DNA from: the human T2T-CHM13v2.0 reference genome, Homo sapiens
Length of the DNA: 64,000 nucleotides
Assembly: GCF_009914755.1 (NCBI RefSeq)
Contig: NC_060928.1
Strand: one strand, 5' to 3'
Position numbers and translations under genes: made by a program. Positions 1-15,112 of this stretch are shown here, piece by piece. How positions within the stretch are numbered: the stretch's first letter is position 1; every line of letters begins with the position of its first letter. The notes under the pieces were generated by a model. It saw nothing but the letters and a program-made list of their open reading frames with translations. It was not told the DNA's origin and did not search any database.

Positions 1-457
1 CTTCTATGGGAGCCTGGTAAGCTTTGGGGGATGGGTGTACCTGGCCATGCTCCACTGCCGACATTCCTATATCAAACCCTCTAGGCTCTGAACAGGCTAG
101 AGTCCTGCTCCTCCCACCTCCCTAAGCAACTCTCCCTGCCAGCTCAAGTGTCCATTGGTGTCATGGGATCTCCTGCTGCCAAGATTTCAGAGCTGTGTGG
201 CAAGTATGGGTAACTTATTGTCTGCTCAGTTCACCCCCTCCTCAGTAGTCATTGGGGGCCAGGAACATTCCCCATGAGTTGTAGTCCTGTGCAGGGTTCC
301 CAGCTTTCTTTCCCTTCAGCCTGGTATCTGTGTCCTCCCTCCACCCATTCTCAATGCCTTCCCTCTGAAGATCTGTTCAGAGTGCTCCAGGCTTCCCAAT
401 ATCCCAGTCTTTTGGTGGCAGATGTTCTTCCTGGCTGCATCTAGTTGGCTGTCTTGC
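1..457 (-). mobile_element. L1 5' UTR start (L1PB/L1P4-like); element continues left of the window
   Basis: Reverse complement of the segment ending at 457 reads CAAGACAGCCAACTAGATGCAGCCAGG, matching the L1 5' start motif CAAGATGGCCGACTAGA.GCAG. Confidence 0.7.
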
Positions 458-1074
458 AATTAATGCCACATTCTTCATTCCTGAGAACTACAAGCAAGTA
501 AGAGAGAAGTCATTCATTCCAGGGCCACCCAGAAAACTGTTCTGCAAAATGTGCCTTCATTTATGTAATTTTATTATATTTTCCTTCCGTTTCTTTCCTA
601 AACATCTACAGCATATATTTCATCTTCTGTTACCAAAATATGTTTTTCCTAAATTCCTTTTCCTGTGCTTTGATCTCTTATTTTGCAGTAAAAAAAAAAA
701 AAATTACTATTTCTTTTCTACTACTTACTTTGGACTTATATTTTACTTCTTTGTCTAACTTTTTAAGGTAGAATCTTAAGTCACTGATTTTAGACTTTTT
801 GAAAATATAAGTATTTCAATTGTTGCATTTTCTATAAGAACTGCTTCAGGTATATTTGAGAAATTTCAGTATGTTGTAATATCATTATCATTTAGTTTGT
901 AATATTTTCCAATTCTTGTTGTGATTTCTTTTTGCCTCATGGATTACTTGGAAGCATGTTACATAACTTCCAAATATTTGCAGATTTTCTAGATACCTGC
1001 TATCATTCTCTAATTTAATGCCATTGAGGTCAGAACAGATTCTGTATGGTTTCAGTTCTTTTCAACTTACTGTG

Positions 1075-1690
1075 TTTTTTATTTTCTTTTTTATTTTTTT
1101 ATTTCAATAGGCTTTAGGGGAACAGGTGGTGTTTGGTTACATGGATAAGTTCTTCAGTGGTGATTTCTGAGACTTTGGTGCACCCAACACCTGAGCAGTG
1201 TACACTGTACCCAATGTGTAGTTTTTTATCCCTCACCCCCCTCTCACCCTTTACTCCGAGTCTCCAAAGTCCATTGTATCATTCTTATGCCTTTGCATCC
1301 TCATAGCTTAGCTCCCGCTTGTGAGTAAGAACATAATGATGTTTGGTTTTCCATTCCTGAGATAATTCACTTAGAATAATGCTCTCCAATTCCATCTAGG
1401 TTGCCGCAAATGCCATAATTTCATTGCTTTTTATGGCTGAGTAGTATTTTATGGTATACATAGACCACAATTTATTTATCCACTTGTTGATTGATGGGCA
1501 TTTGTGCTGGTTCCATATTTTTGTAATTGCAAATTGTGCTGCTATAATATAAATATGTGTGTGGAAGTTATTCATATAGTTTTTTTTTTGCATAATAACC
1601 TCTTTTCTTCTGGGTAGATACCCAGTAGTGGGATTGCTGGATCAAATGGTAGTTCTACTTTTAGTTCTTTAAGGAATCTCCACACTGTTT
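1075..1690 (-). mobile_element. L1PB1-like 3' end, 5'-truncated
   Basis: T-rich tail followed by atttcaatagg...ggggaacaggtggtgtttggttacatg. The ORF at 1396-1593 translates as the L1 ORF2 C-terminus (AAQFAITKIWNQHKCPS). Confidence 0.85.
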
Positions 1691-1809
1691 CTTATTGAGT
1701 CTTTTTCATAACTCATCACATGGACCATCTTGGTGAAATAACCATGCACATTAAAAAAACATGTATTGTGTAGTTGTTGGGTATAGTTTTCTATAATCAT
1801 CAATTAGCT

Positions 1810-2310
1810 TATGGTACATAGAATCATGGACCCCCAAAATGTAAACATACTTATACCCAGAATCTGTGAATATGTTACCTTATGTGGCACGGGAGAATTG
1901 CTGTTATGATTAAATGAAAGATTTTGAGATAGGGAAAAGTATCCTGAATTATTTTGTTGGGCCCAATGGAATTATGAGAATGCCTATAAGAGGGAGAGAG
2001 TAGAATCAGGGAAGAGCAAAAGGCAATCTGATGACAAAAACAGAGGAAGGTTGGAGTACACTGAACTGCTGGCTTTGAAGATGTAGGGAAAGGCCATTAG
2101 CTAAGGAATTCAAGGGATACCTAGAACTTGGAAAAGACAAGTAAATGTATTTTTCCCCAGAGCCTCCAGAGGAAGCACAGCTTTGCTAACTTCTTAATTT
2201 TTGACCTAGCAAAATTCATTTCGGACTTCTGACCTTCAGGACTGTAAATTTTTTTTAAAAAAAAAGTGTTGTTTTAAGCCATTAAAGTTGTAGTAACTGG
2301 TTACAGATAT
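1810..2310 (+). mobile_element. MLT1D-like MaLR LTR
   Basis: Motifs gaatctgtgaatatgttacctta, ctgctggctttgaagatg, ggacttctgacc and gttgttttaagcca. Confidence 0.8.
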
Positions 2311-2494
2311 ACATTGGTTATAGACCTATATATAGGTAAAGGTGATTGAAAGTGTTGTTCAAATAATCTATGTTTTACTATGTTTTTGTCTAGTCATTCT
2401 TTCAATTGCTCAGAAAGGAATGTTAAAATCTAACTATGGTTATGAAATTGTCTTTTTGTTCATTTAATTCTGACAATTTTTGCTTGATATAAAT

Positions 2495-2589
2495 CAAACT
2501 TGTCCAACCCACGGCCCATGGACCACATGCAGCCCAGGATGGTTTCGAATGCAGCCCAACACAGGTTCCTAAACTCTTAAAATGTTATG

Positions 2590-2631
<42 letters not shown>

Positions 2632-2730
2632 CATTGGCTATCATTAGTGTTAGTGTATTTCATCTGTGGCCCAAGACAATTCTTTTTCTTCCAATGTGGC
2701 CAAGGGAAGCCAAAAGATTGGACACCCTTG
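2495..2730 (-). mobile_element. MER30 hAT-Charlie MITE with an internal T run of about 36 nt
   Basis: Termini caaacttgtccaacc and gattggacacccttg; internal tggcccaagacaattc matches MER30. Confidence 0.9.
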
Positions 2731-3074
2731 CTAATGTAAAGCTCTGTTATTAGGTGCATACATACTAATGGTTGTATTCTCACTACAAACTACATCTTGA
2801 GCAATAGCACTCATCTAATTTAATTCTGTTATGTATAATTGGGGTCTTTCTCATCCATGCATGTTTCTGGGGTCAGCCAGAAGATTGTACATCATTTGTA
2901 AACAGAATTTGGGGCTTCCATTCTCTAACTCTTCCCTTTCTAGGATTTCTATCCCAATTTTTAACACTTATGATGACTCTGAACACTGTCCTGTTTTTTA
3001 CCATACAGACTGGGGACTCTGTATAAAAGTTTTAAAGACCCCACTCACTACTGCTGCCTTGTGTCTAACTTTAG

Positions 3075-3465
<391 letters not shown>

Positions 3466-3484
3466 AATCCACCTATTATTAATT

Positions 3485-3610
3485 TAATCTAATCACAGGA
3501 GTGATATTTCATCATATTTCAGCACCCACATATATGCTGGTACATATATTGGGTATGCATATCAGTAGGTAGGAATATTGAAGGACATCTTAGAATTCTA
3601 TCTACCACAC
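3485..3610 (-). mobile_element. Old MLT1 LTR fragment
   Basis: Ends in catcttagaattctatctaccaca, an MLT1-type terminus. Confidence 0.5.
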
Positions 3611-4567
3611 ACTGCTGTGCAAAAAGTAAAATCAGGCTTTTGCATTTTACTTTTCAAATACCACATCAAGAACAAGTCAGAGGCTTTATTTCCCTTTCTT
3701 CCATCTTATTATCAAACTCTAAGATAAGGTGATATTTAGATGTCTCTGCTCTTAGGGGAAAATATTCTGTGATTATTCTATTCACTTCTTAGCTATTTAA
3801 CATTTTGGGGGTCATGGTATTTTTTTTTTCTTTTGAGCTATTTTCTACTATCTTTGCTTATCTCCTCTGGCTCATTCCCAATTGCGCATTGCTGCTTTTC
3901 TTGGCTTTATTGCCCTTTCCTTTGTTTTCTTCCTTTCTGAATAGTGTTTGGACAAGCAATACTTATACCTGTAAAGGAAACTTTAGTGTTTTGCAGAACC
4001 AAATTGAGTTCATTAGATAAAATCACAAGCATGAAGTTGGTTCCATAGATTTTTCAGTTATTTGGGAAAATAAAACTACTGTAATGTGTAACTGAAGGCA
4101 TCCTAAATGTATTTACAATGATTTTCATAATTATTATGTGATCTGAGCTGCATACAATTTACACTGTTCTTTTTAGGAATGTTTTTGAAAGGACTTAGCA
4201 CACTGCAGCTTTCATGTAGCTCTGGGTTCACAATGCTGTATTATTGCTCAAGGATTACCTTTGTGGTACCCAAGAACACAGGATATAAATCTTTTTTAAG
4301 ACTACTTGCTTGTATATTAGAAGTTTGTAAAGATATTTTTTCCAACTAATTCTAGAACAGTAAAAACCTTGACAAGGTATAAAACCTGAGCTGGTTCTCA
4401 GGGTGTCTCCAGGAAATAAGATTAGATTCAAAATACTTCACTGATTTTAACATAAAAATTCTTATTCCACACCTACTAAGATATTTGATAAAACACACAC
4501 ACACACACAAATTAGTAAAGAAGTATAAGTCCTGGCTTTCATACCTATGAACATTGTTTTCTTTAGT

Positions 4568-4974
4568 GCTACCAATGACTGTTTCCTTTGAACAAAACTT
4601 CAGTTGGGCTCCTTTGAGTAAGCTTGACTAGACCAAACCTTGGGCTTCTGTCTCTTCTTATAGAATCCTGCAAAGTCAATGTAGGTGAAATCCACCCCTG
4701 TTGATATCTTATTGTCCTGGCCTGCCTTCAGCAAAAATTCTTATCAACCTCTTATGCCTGATGTTTCCTCTTGGTGATTTTCTATCCACTGACCCTCACC
4801 CTGCACCTTGCTTTTAAATCCCCACTGTCCTTGTTGTAGTTGGAATTAAGTCCAATCTATCTCCCATTGCAAGACCCCGTTGCAGCGATCTCTGTAGCTA
4901 TTGCCATGACCAACCTTGAATAAAGCTTGCCTTACCATCTTTAATGAGTGTCATGAATAATTTTTTCTTTAACA
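4568..4974 (+). mobile_element. MER31-like ERV1 solo LTR
   Basis: gaataaagcttgccttaccatctttaa...gaataattttttctttaaca 3' end and MER31-like internal motifs. Confidence 0.75.
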
Positions 4975-5417
4975 GTAGATACATAGATCTCTATCATTTT
5001 CAAATTGGTAATGACTTACTATTTGAAATGAGGAAACTGAGGCTATGAAACAACCAAACTAGAGGGTTGCAGTGCCAGAATCAAGCAGTTTAAAGAGGGC
5101 TTTACCCAGTTCAACCTTTTTCCATGGTTCCTCAAGTCAGGTAGCTAAACCTGAATATACATCAGTCAATTTTATAAGTCAATTCACTAGGTGCAACAGG
5201 ACTTGCCTTAAAAACCATCTAATTGTAGAATAAATAATCATTCCCTAATACATAATTAAAGTTTCTGCAAATAAAAGCAAATCTACCTACTACTATGGTT
5301 CCTTGGATATTTCGATTTTGAAAATACTAGTTGTAATGGAAAGCCAACAAATGTACAGTATTTTTTTTTTTTTTTTTTTGGCTTCTGCTTGAGCTACTTA
5401 AAAGTTGTAAGGTCTTG

Positions 5418-5746
<329 letters not shown>

Positions 5747-6259
5747 AAAAGTTGTAAGGTCTTTTCCCAGTCCCAGGTACTCTATTCACTGAGAGTCAGG
5801 CTTTCTTCAAAGCATTGGTTGATCTATATACTCTTTCTGGCATGGTACTTAGACAACTGATATTTAGTTGAATTCTAAAAGCATTCAGTTGGAGTCACTT
5901 AAATCTGAACTTTTAATGCGGCAGATGAGGTGGAGATTCAGAGGGATTGGTTCTTATTGTGATTTTTCCTAGGGAATTACTTTTCTAATCATGATTTTTT
6001 CATCCATTTAGCTGGGGAAGAAATCCTAGACAAATTTTGACAAGTCTGTAAAGTGGTGGCAAAATATCTAAGAAATGCATACAATGTTTGAACATTTTAA
6101 GAGATTTATTTGAATCTGTAGTGGATAGAGATTTCGTGTTTTTTTCCTAGTAGAAAAAGTTTCTAAGGCTTAGTAAGCACTCATGACGTGTTGAATAAAA
6201 TGATTTATTTGAATAAAATTCAACTATTTTTTACTACGAAATTTAATTTAGATGGTGAG

Positions 6260-6450
6260 ATGCTTTGGATAAAGGAAAGTATATGGACTCAAAAAACTAT
6301 TTAAATTCCCGTTTGGCTCCTTAGTAATTCTGTGTGTTCTTGGGCAAAACAATCACTCTCAGTTTGCAGTTTTCTTTTAAATAAAAGGAAATATTTAAGT
6401 GTCTAAATTGATTGTGTTAAGCAAGAAAAGTGTCTGTAAAATACCTAGAA
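6260..6450 (+). mobile_element. MIR fragment
   Basis: Degenerate MIR core (tgtgtgttcttgggcaaa...ctcagtttgcagttt). Confidence 0.5.
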
Positions 6451-7728
6451 TTTTGTTTTTTTAAATTATAGGAATTTTATTAACAAAATTCTCTTCTGAG
6501 TCTGATATGTTACATTTTTGTATAATTTCTAGGTTACTGATTCTAGGAATTTAAATTACATAAGCGCTATCTTTTAAATTTTTTTCTAGACTAAAATATG
6601 ACAAACTAATTTATGATCGAGGAGAGTTGTCTTCTCTGTAATTCTGTAAGCACCTCATCTACCTGCCTAAAATAGCTGGAAGGGTACACATATATTTGAA
6701 CATAGTTTTATGCATCTTTACCAGTACCATCTGTACTTGTTTAATTTCCAAGTTCAGGTTTTCATTACTGGTATCATAATTTAATTCCTGCTTCCACTCT
6801 TTTCAATCTCTAAGCAATATCTTAAATCCAAAAAGAGTAAAATATTTAAAGAATAAATATGGTGAGGACAATCATAGATATTTGACAGAGGCATAATGAC
6901 AAAGAATCATTGCCTTCTATCAATTTAATATGAACATTTCTATTCCACAAAATGAGAGTTCCTTTGCTAAGAGTTTAGGAGAAATATACTAATGTCATTA
7001 AAACTGTTAAATGATTTTAAGTAGTTGTTTAATAATATATTAAAGTCCCCTAAAACATTGTTTTTAACTTGCTGGTCTGACTAGAAACCCACATCTGAAA
7101 AAGATACATTTGAAGCTGACAGTCATAATCATAGAAAAGAATTAGCTAAGCATCATTAGTTACCTAGCTCTATGTTAAATGTTAGGAGAGATATAGAAGA
7201 CAAATTTGGGTTCCATGCCATCAAATTTATAATAAATTAAAGAAACAAATAAGACACATATGAATAAATGCTTAAAATGTAGAATTGTTTATAAATAAAA
7301 AGTTCTGTGCTAGAAATTTTATAATTTAGGCATATAGAAAAGAGGGGATCTTGGATGTTTAGTAAAGAAGTTTAGGGAGCAAGACTTTTCCATGGAGGTC
7401 TCCAAGTTCTCAAGCCTAGATGGCTGGTGGACAGTAATGCCTGTGAAAAGAAATGAAGAAGGGATTTTTTTTTCTTAACCTACCATACATAATGGGGACG
7501 TTTTATCCAAAGAAGTAAATACAACAGACAGGGACAAAGGTGTGAAGCTCAGTGAGAACTTCAAACTGAAGACTGAGACCTGGCAGTCATTACCAGAGTC
7601 TGAAAGATAAACATAAATATACTTTCCAAAAAATAAATTGAATATAATTTTTTAAATGTGAATTATACCACACTTCTTTTCTTCCAACATTTTAATTGTA
7701 GAATTAAAACATATTCAAACCATTTTGC

Positions 7729-8449
7729 TGTATTCTCTTAGACTTCTCCAGTTACTATAACGAAACACCATAGACTGGGTGACTTCAACAACAGATGTTT
7801 ATTTCTCACAGATCTGAAGGCTGGGAAGTCCAAGAATAAGGTGCCAGCCAATTTAGTTCTCGATAAGTCTCTCTTTCTGGCTACAGACAGCCACATTCTA
7901 CTGTCTTCTCACATGGCAGAGGGAGAACTCTGGTTGCTTCCTCTTCTTCTCAGGATACTACTCTGTTAAAAGATAAACGTAGGCACATTAAATTGTTAAT
8001 GAATTTATTTGAGCATTCAACAATTCACAAATCAGGCATAACCAGTCAGCAGATGTTTCAGTGCTCCACTGAGGGGAGCAAGGAGAAAACTTTTCTAAGG
8101 CGTTCATGGAGGCAAGACAAAGAAAGTCTATTTGATTGGCTAAAGCAGAAAGTTCCTAGTTAGAGGTTAGTTTGGTGCTTTCTGATTCATTAAGGTTAAG
8201 TTTTATTTTACTGTTGACATTGAGTTGGGTTTTGGTTTGCTTGCACAAGAAACCAAGGTGCTACAGATTTCTCAGCCTAATAGCCTGCCAATTCATCTTT
8301 TTAATAAATTCTATTACAAGGGTCCCATCCTCATGACATTTAAATGTAATTATTTCACAATGGTCCCATCTTTAAATTCATCGCCTTGGGGGTTAGGGTT
8401 TTAACATACAAATTTGGGGGTGACAGGACACAAACAGTCAGTCCATAAT
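7729..8449 (-). mobile_element. MLT1A-like LTR split by MER93
   Basis: caccatagactgggtgacttcaacaacag...ggctgggaagtccaag; resumes after 8305 with tgggggttagggttttaacata. Confidence 0.85.
7964..8305 (-). mobile_element. MER93-like ERV1 solo LTR nested in MLT1A
   Basis: tgttaaaagataaacgtaggcacattaa start and ctagttagaggttag internal motif. Confidence 0.8.
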
Positions 8450-10726
8450 GTGTATTGAAGAATGGTAGCCTCAGTATCTATGTAACTTGAAAGGCTCCAA
8501 TATTATGTAAGCATGTAATATTTGTGTATAATTATACAAGGGTAAGGAAGACTCCAAAGCCTTCTGGGATAAGATATCATTTATAAACTTTGAGTCTGGA
8601 GATAATAGCTAAAAATGTCTAAAGTTTCTATTGCAGAGCCTATAGGCCCTCTTGTTAATGAAGTTTCCATAATAGTATTTTTCCCTACCAAAAGGTTAGG
8701 TCTTTTACTGATAGAATTGAATATATTAAGAGGCAAATGAGGCTGAAAGCACCTCCTCTACCACCTTATAATAAGCACACTGAAGTAAGACCTTAAATGA
8801 TCCTTTTCTGCTCAATGGCCTGGAAGCCAGTGTCTTCAGTGGGTCCTGGTTCCGGAGAAGTTCAGAGCTACACTGGAAGAATATGCAAAACTTCCAAGTC
8901 AGGATGTACATACTGTGCAAATATGTCCAGCTAGACCTAACCCTGATTAATTGCTTTTATTGAATGAAGCAAATTTTTTATTTGGATAATTTCATTTAAA
9001 TTTTGTAATTAGGGCAAGGAGAGGATTAAGTAAATTGTACAAATATGAAAACTATAGCTTTAAAAATGGCTTTTGTGTTCTCAAATAATTTTAAGGGAAA
9101 AAAGTTTCTTCTAGCATGACGCACATAGTTCCTTAAAAATAATGGGATATCTATCAAGCTGCAAATTTTTTCTTGGCTGGAATTTATTGTTGGGGGCAAT
9201 GCCCTTTTCATCTCTGCCAAGAAAAATATATTGAAATGAGTCCTTTTTTTCTTTTAAAGTTTGAGCTTGAAAAAATGACTTTAAAAATGAAACCATCCTA
9301 GAATGTGGTTTTTTAAAAAGCAATGGCTAGAAAGTACAGATTTAGAGAAGTGTACAATTTATGCTGTGGTAATAGCCAGCATTTTATAAATCTTGCCATT
9401 TACTTAGGTGAAGTTATTAATGTTATCTATTGTGGGTGTCTGAAGAATGTATGGTTAGATGCCAATAACCTCCTTTTGATTCCATTTAAATTATTCTTAG
9501 GATTACCCTAAACCAGTAGGAGAACAAAGAATTATGAGGCTAAGCTTAGAAATATCTAATAATAATGATTGTGAGAAATATATATCCTCAAATATATGAA
9601 GGAATACTTCACTGTCTTGGCTATATGAGAGAAAACAGGACATGGGATGAAGCCTGCAGGATATTTTTACATGCCCTGCATTGCTACTGCCTTTGCATTT
9701 TTGAGGAAATGACCCTTAATTAAATGAGCTAAATTAAATATTAAGTATTTAGCTCAGAACAGACAGCTTGCAATCAATAAATATCAATTTTTTAATCTCA
9801 CATTTATGTCACTTGGTCAACTCAGCCATTGTTTGTTTAAATATATAACAAAGATGTTTGTACCACATTAAAGTTCATTTAATAATAAATTTTAGTTAAA
9901 ATAATTAACAGTAAGCAACTCTAAGAAGATAACTTAAAATACAAGACATCTAAGGAAACCTTGCATCAGACTTAAAAGAATCAACATCAATTAAATGTAT
10001 CAGAATACTCTCTAAATTCATGATTCAAGCAGCAAGAATTCATAACAAAAATTGAATGTACTTTTAAAGAAATCTTTAGATTTGGTGCAGAATTCCCTCA
10101 TATGAAGTGAAAGCTGTGCAAAAGATGAGCCAGATGAATAGATTGAAATTGCTGAAACACAGTCCTGACATGCTCAGAGGGTCTTTTAACAAGTTATATT
10201 TTACTGCGACAGACAAGTCATTTTTCACACACATCAAAAACCATGGGGGCAGCAAGTATAGAGTAATATGTGACATATTCTTGATTAAGTTTGTCCTGTG
10301 CACATGTTTAACTCATTTGTGTAAGACAGCAATGTAGGCTATATATTTTTTCCTTTCTATTGCTCATGCTTTTCACAATCTGACAGTTGAGCTTGGCTAT
10401 TTCATATATATTCTTCTTTGCTCATTATTTGAAGACAAATGTCACAGCTCACACTTCAAATTTTTGAAATATTATCAATCATTTTTGCCTCCTTAATGCA
10501 ATTGTCATTTTTGGTACTTAATGGTAACATAAAAATTTTGTAACAGTCTTTAAAAATGATTTGTAAATTCATCACTCATTTTATGAAATTATGCCTCCTG
10601 CATAGTACCAAGGTGTTCACTCATTTTCCAAAATACCCTAAAGTGATACAGAGGAAAACAGACACAGTGACACAGGAGAGTCTGGAATCTTACAGGGCTT
10701 GTGTGTTGTGGTCATTTGTCCCCTTA

Positions 10727-11058
<332 letters not shown>

Positions 11059-11302
11059 TTATTTTACATTTACTTTATTTACCTCTGTCAAATAAAGGCT
11101 CTTGCTCTGTATTATAAAAAGATTCTTTCAGGTACATAGGGTGGCTTCTGAGCACCCATACATTGTCAGCAATTCCTTCAATAATTTTCTGGTAAAGAGA
11201 CATTATCTCTGGGACGATAGGAGGCCTCCTTTGGTAATTCAGCTCAGGAGTTCAGCTCCTAAGCATTACTTTTATTTCTACCAATTTAATAAATGCTACT
11301 TA

Positions 11303-11790
<488 letters not shown>

Positions 11791-11821
11791 TCATATTAAC
11801 ATAAAATAATTATAATTATAG

Positions 11822-11940
11822 TAAATATTATGTATGAAAAAATAAATATTATGTATGTAAAATAATATCTATTATGTATGCAAAATAATAAATATTATGT
11901 ATGTAAAATAAATATTTATTATGTATGTAAAATAATAAAT
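11822..11940. repeat. AT-rich minisatellite, about 5 copies of a 21-27 bp unit with core tattatgtatg
   Basis: The core tattatgtatg recurs five times. Confidence 0.85.
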
Positions 11941-12149
11941 ACATTTTTGCGTTTATAAGAGCTACTAATGACAGATTATATACAAAAAGACAGTTTTCTT
12001 GTTAAGAAATATGAGATAGATAAATTGTAGTTACATCAATAACATAAGTATAATTTTGGAGAAAAATCTATTAAGTTGTAATAAATGAATTGCAAACATT
12101 TTAGACTAAACTGTGTCAAAAAATGATATTAGTCAAAGGAACTACTGGT

Positions 12150-12815
12150 TTTCCCATTGACATGTAAAATGCTTGAAAGTTATTAATATCTTCCTCAAAA
12201 CAAGAAAAAGCTGAACAAACTGAAAATTAACTTTTCTTAGATCTCAGAGAATTGAGATCATAAGACGTGTTTAAGGAAATGGCCCTTCATTTCCTTAATG
12301 ACCCTTCCACCACCTGGAATACTAGAGACAGGCAAATACAGACAATACTGATCAGCTCACTTGTGGCAGAAGCTGGGGGGCCAGTAACTGGTAGAAACAC
12401 TTAAATGGTAACTTCAGTTCACTGCTGGGGGTTAATGGTGTGGACTAGCTTAATAGTTAAAAACTCCTGATGCCCCAATTTATGATGGAATCTCACACCT
12501 TTGTGGATTTTCCCTTCAGGAACTGCATCAAGTTTCTATGGTAAAGATCAGAGGTAAGAAGAATAAGAAACTTTGTGTTTGGCCAGAAGGAGGGGGAAAG
12601 AAGCATTTTGAAAGAAGGAAGGAAGGCTCACAAGAAAGGCCTTCCAAAGGAATAAACCAGCAAAGGGAAAAAAATGAAAGGAAAGGGAAAAAAAAAAAAC
12701 TTTCCAGCAAAGGAAAAAAAGCTTCACTAGAGCCTTATTGGACTTGGGGGCAAGGTAAATTACCCACCTCCAGCTCCCTATAGCCTTTCTGTCTCACTTA
12801 CAGGGAGGAATAAAA
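12150..12815 (+). mobile_element. Old L1M (L1MD-like) 5' UTR fragment
   Basis: acaagaaaaagctgaacaaactgaaaa...cttttcttagatc motif typical of L1MD/M4 5' ends. Confidence 0.55.
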
Positions 12816-13171
12816 GGCTGAGAGTCAGGAGGATTGCTGGAGCCCAGGAAATGGAAACAATAGTGAGCCAAGGTTATGCTACTGTGCTCCACCCTAGCTC
12901 CACCCTAGAATAAGGGCTATCACTTACAGGGAGGAATAAAAGGCTGAGAGTCAGGAGGATTTCTGGAGCCCAGGAAATGGAAACAATAGTGAGCCAAGGT
13001 TATGCTACTGTGCTCCACCCTAGCTCCACCCTAGAATAAGGGCTATCACTTACAGGGAGGAATAAAAGGCTGAGAGTCAGGAGGATTGCTGGAGCCCAGG
13101 AAATGGAAACAATAGTGAGCCAAGGTTATGCTACTGTGCTCCACCCTAGCTCCACCCTAGAATAAGGGCTA
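12794..13171. repeat. Tandem triplication, 3 x 126 bp
   Basis: Copies start at 12794, 12920 and 13046; the only difference I saw is G>T at 12962. Confidence 0.98.
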
Positions 13172-15063
13172 TCTTGCCCATGGGACTTGACCAGTCTGAT
13201 CTGAGTGCCTTATCCAGGGTCCCTGCTTAGCTGAACTCTCTTACAGCATAGCCTCAGATGCCCAACCAGGGCACTTCCCAGAGGCCATGGGCCATGAGCT
13301 GTGGCTCTTTTATGGGCAGATCCTGCCTAACCATCAGAGACCTTCTGCATACAGGCCCCCAACAGTGTGCACACACTTGTGGCCTCCCCAAACTGCTTTG
13401 CCAGTTCACACTCTCCCACAACCTCCACCCACTGCTTTGCAAGCACACATGTGGACCCTGCCACTATGGCCCCGATTAAGCACTTTTGCTAGCATTCCTC
13501 ACTGAAGTATTGTTGCCAACAGCCTTGGAACAGCATGGTCCCTCCAGTGCAGCAGGTGTTTAACCTTGAGGGGCCAGAGAACAAACCCATGGGCCTCGTC
13601 CCAGCCCCCCAGTGTTAGAGAACACATGCCAGGAGTGCTGAGCTAAGCCTTGGCCCCTGAAATCATCCAGAAACAAAGCCAGTAAACTAAAACAAACTTA
13701 TACCACAGTGAAACCCTGAAGGACATCAAAGAATATAAAAGCAAAAAGCCCCATCAGAAGGAGAGCAACTTCAAAGATTACAGGAACATCAGCCTACACA
13801 GATGAGAAAGAAACAGTGCAAGGATTTTGGCTACTCTAAAAGTTAGGATGTCTTCTTACCTCCAAATGACAGCTCTAGCTCCCCAGCAATGGTTCTTAAC
13901 CAGACTGAAATGACAGACATAGAATTAAGAAGCTAGATGAGAAGGAAGATCATCAAGATTCAGGAGACAATTGAAACTCAATCTAAGAAATCCAGTAAAA
14001 TAATTCAAAAGCTGAAAGACAAATAGCCATTTTAAGATAGAACCAAATGGATTGGGTAAAGCTGAAAAATGCACTACAATAAGTTCATAATACAATTAAA
14101 AGTATTAAGAGCAGAATATACCAAGCTGAGGAAAGAATCTGAGAGCCAAAAGATTGGTTCTTTGAATCACCTAAGTCAGACAAAAACTAAAGAAAAAAAA
14201 ATTGTTTAAATGAACAAAATCTCCAAGAAATATGGGATTATGTAAAGAGACCAAACATACAGCTACTTGGCATCCCTAAAAGAGAGGGAGAAAGAGCAAG
14301 CAATTTGGAAAATATATTTCAAGATATGCTTTTGTCTACGAAAATGTCCCCAACTTTGCTAGATGGGTCAACATTAAAATTCAGGAAATTCAGAGAACTG
14401 TGATGAGATATTATACAAGATGACCATCTCCAAGATACACAGTCATCATATTCTCCAAGGTCAATGCAGTAGAAAAAAAAATTAAAGGCAACTAGAGAGA
14501 AGGGGTAGGTCACCTACAAGGGAAACCTGTCAAATAAACAGCAGATCTTTCAGCAGAAACTTGACATGCCAGAAGAGATTGGGGCCCTATGTTCAGCATC
14601 TTTAAAGAATCTCCAACCAAGAATTTCATATCCAGCCAAATGAAGCTTCAAAAGCAAAGGGAAAATAAAATCCTTTTCAGACAAGCAGATGCTAAGGCAA
14701 TCTGTTATCAACAGACTTGCCTTACAAGAAGTCCTTATGGGAGTGCTAAACATGGAAACTAAAGACCATTACTGGTCAATACAAAAACACACTTATGTAC
14801 ATAAACCATTGATACTATAAAGCAACTACACAATCAAGTATATGTAACAATCAGCTAACGTGATGACAGGACCAAATCCACACATATCAATATTAATCTT
14901 GAGCATTAATGGTCTAAACACCCACTTAAAAGGCAAAGAGTGTAAAGTTGGATAAAGAGGCAAGACACATCTATTTGCTGTCTTCAAGAGACCCATCTCA
15001 CATGCAATGACATCCATAGGTTCAAAGTAAAGGGATGGAGAAAGATCTATCAATCAAATGGAA

Positions 15064-15112
<49 letters not shown>

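Larger units (their letters stand above)
690..2790 (-). mobile_element. Old L1M ORF2 fragments, interrupted by L1PB1, MLT1D and MER30
   Basis: T-rich antisense L1 ORF2-like sequence resumes after each insertion. Boundaries are approximate. Confidence 0.6.

Noticed and set aside
12794-13171. CRISPR-like or coding repeat (126 is divisible by 3)
   Set aside because: No unique spacers, primate context, and no ORF runs through the array.
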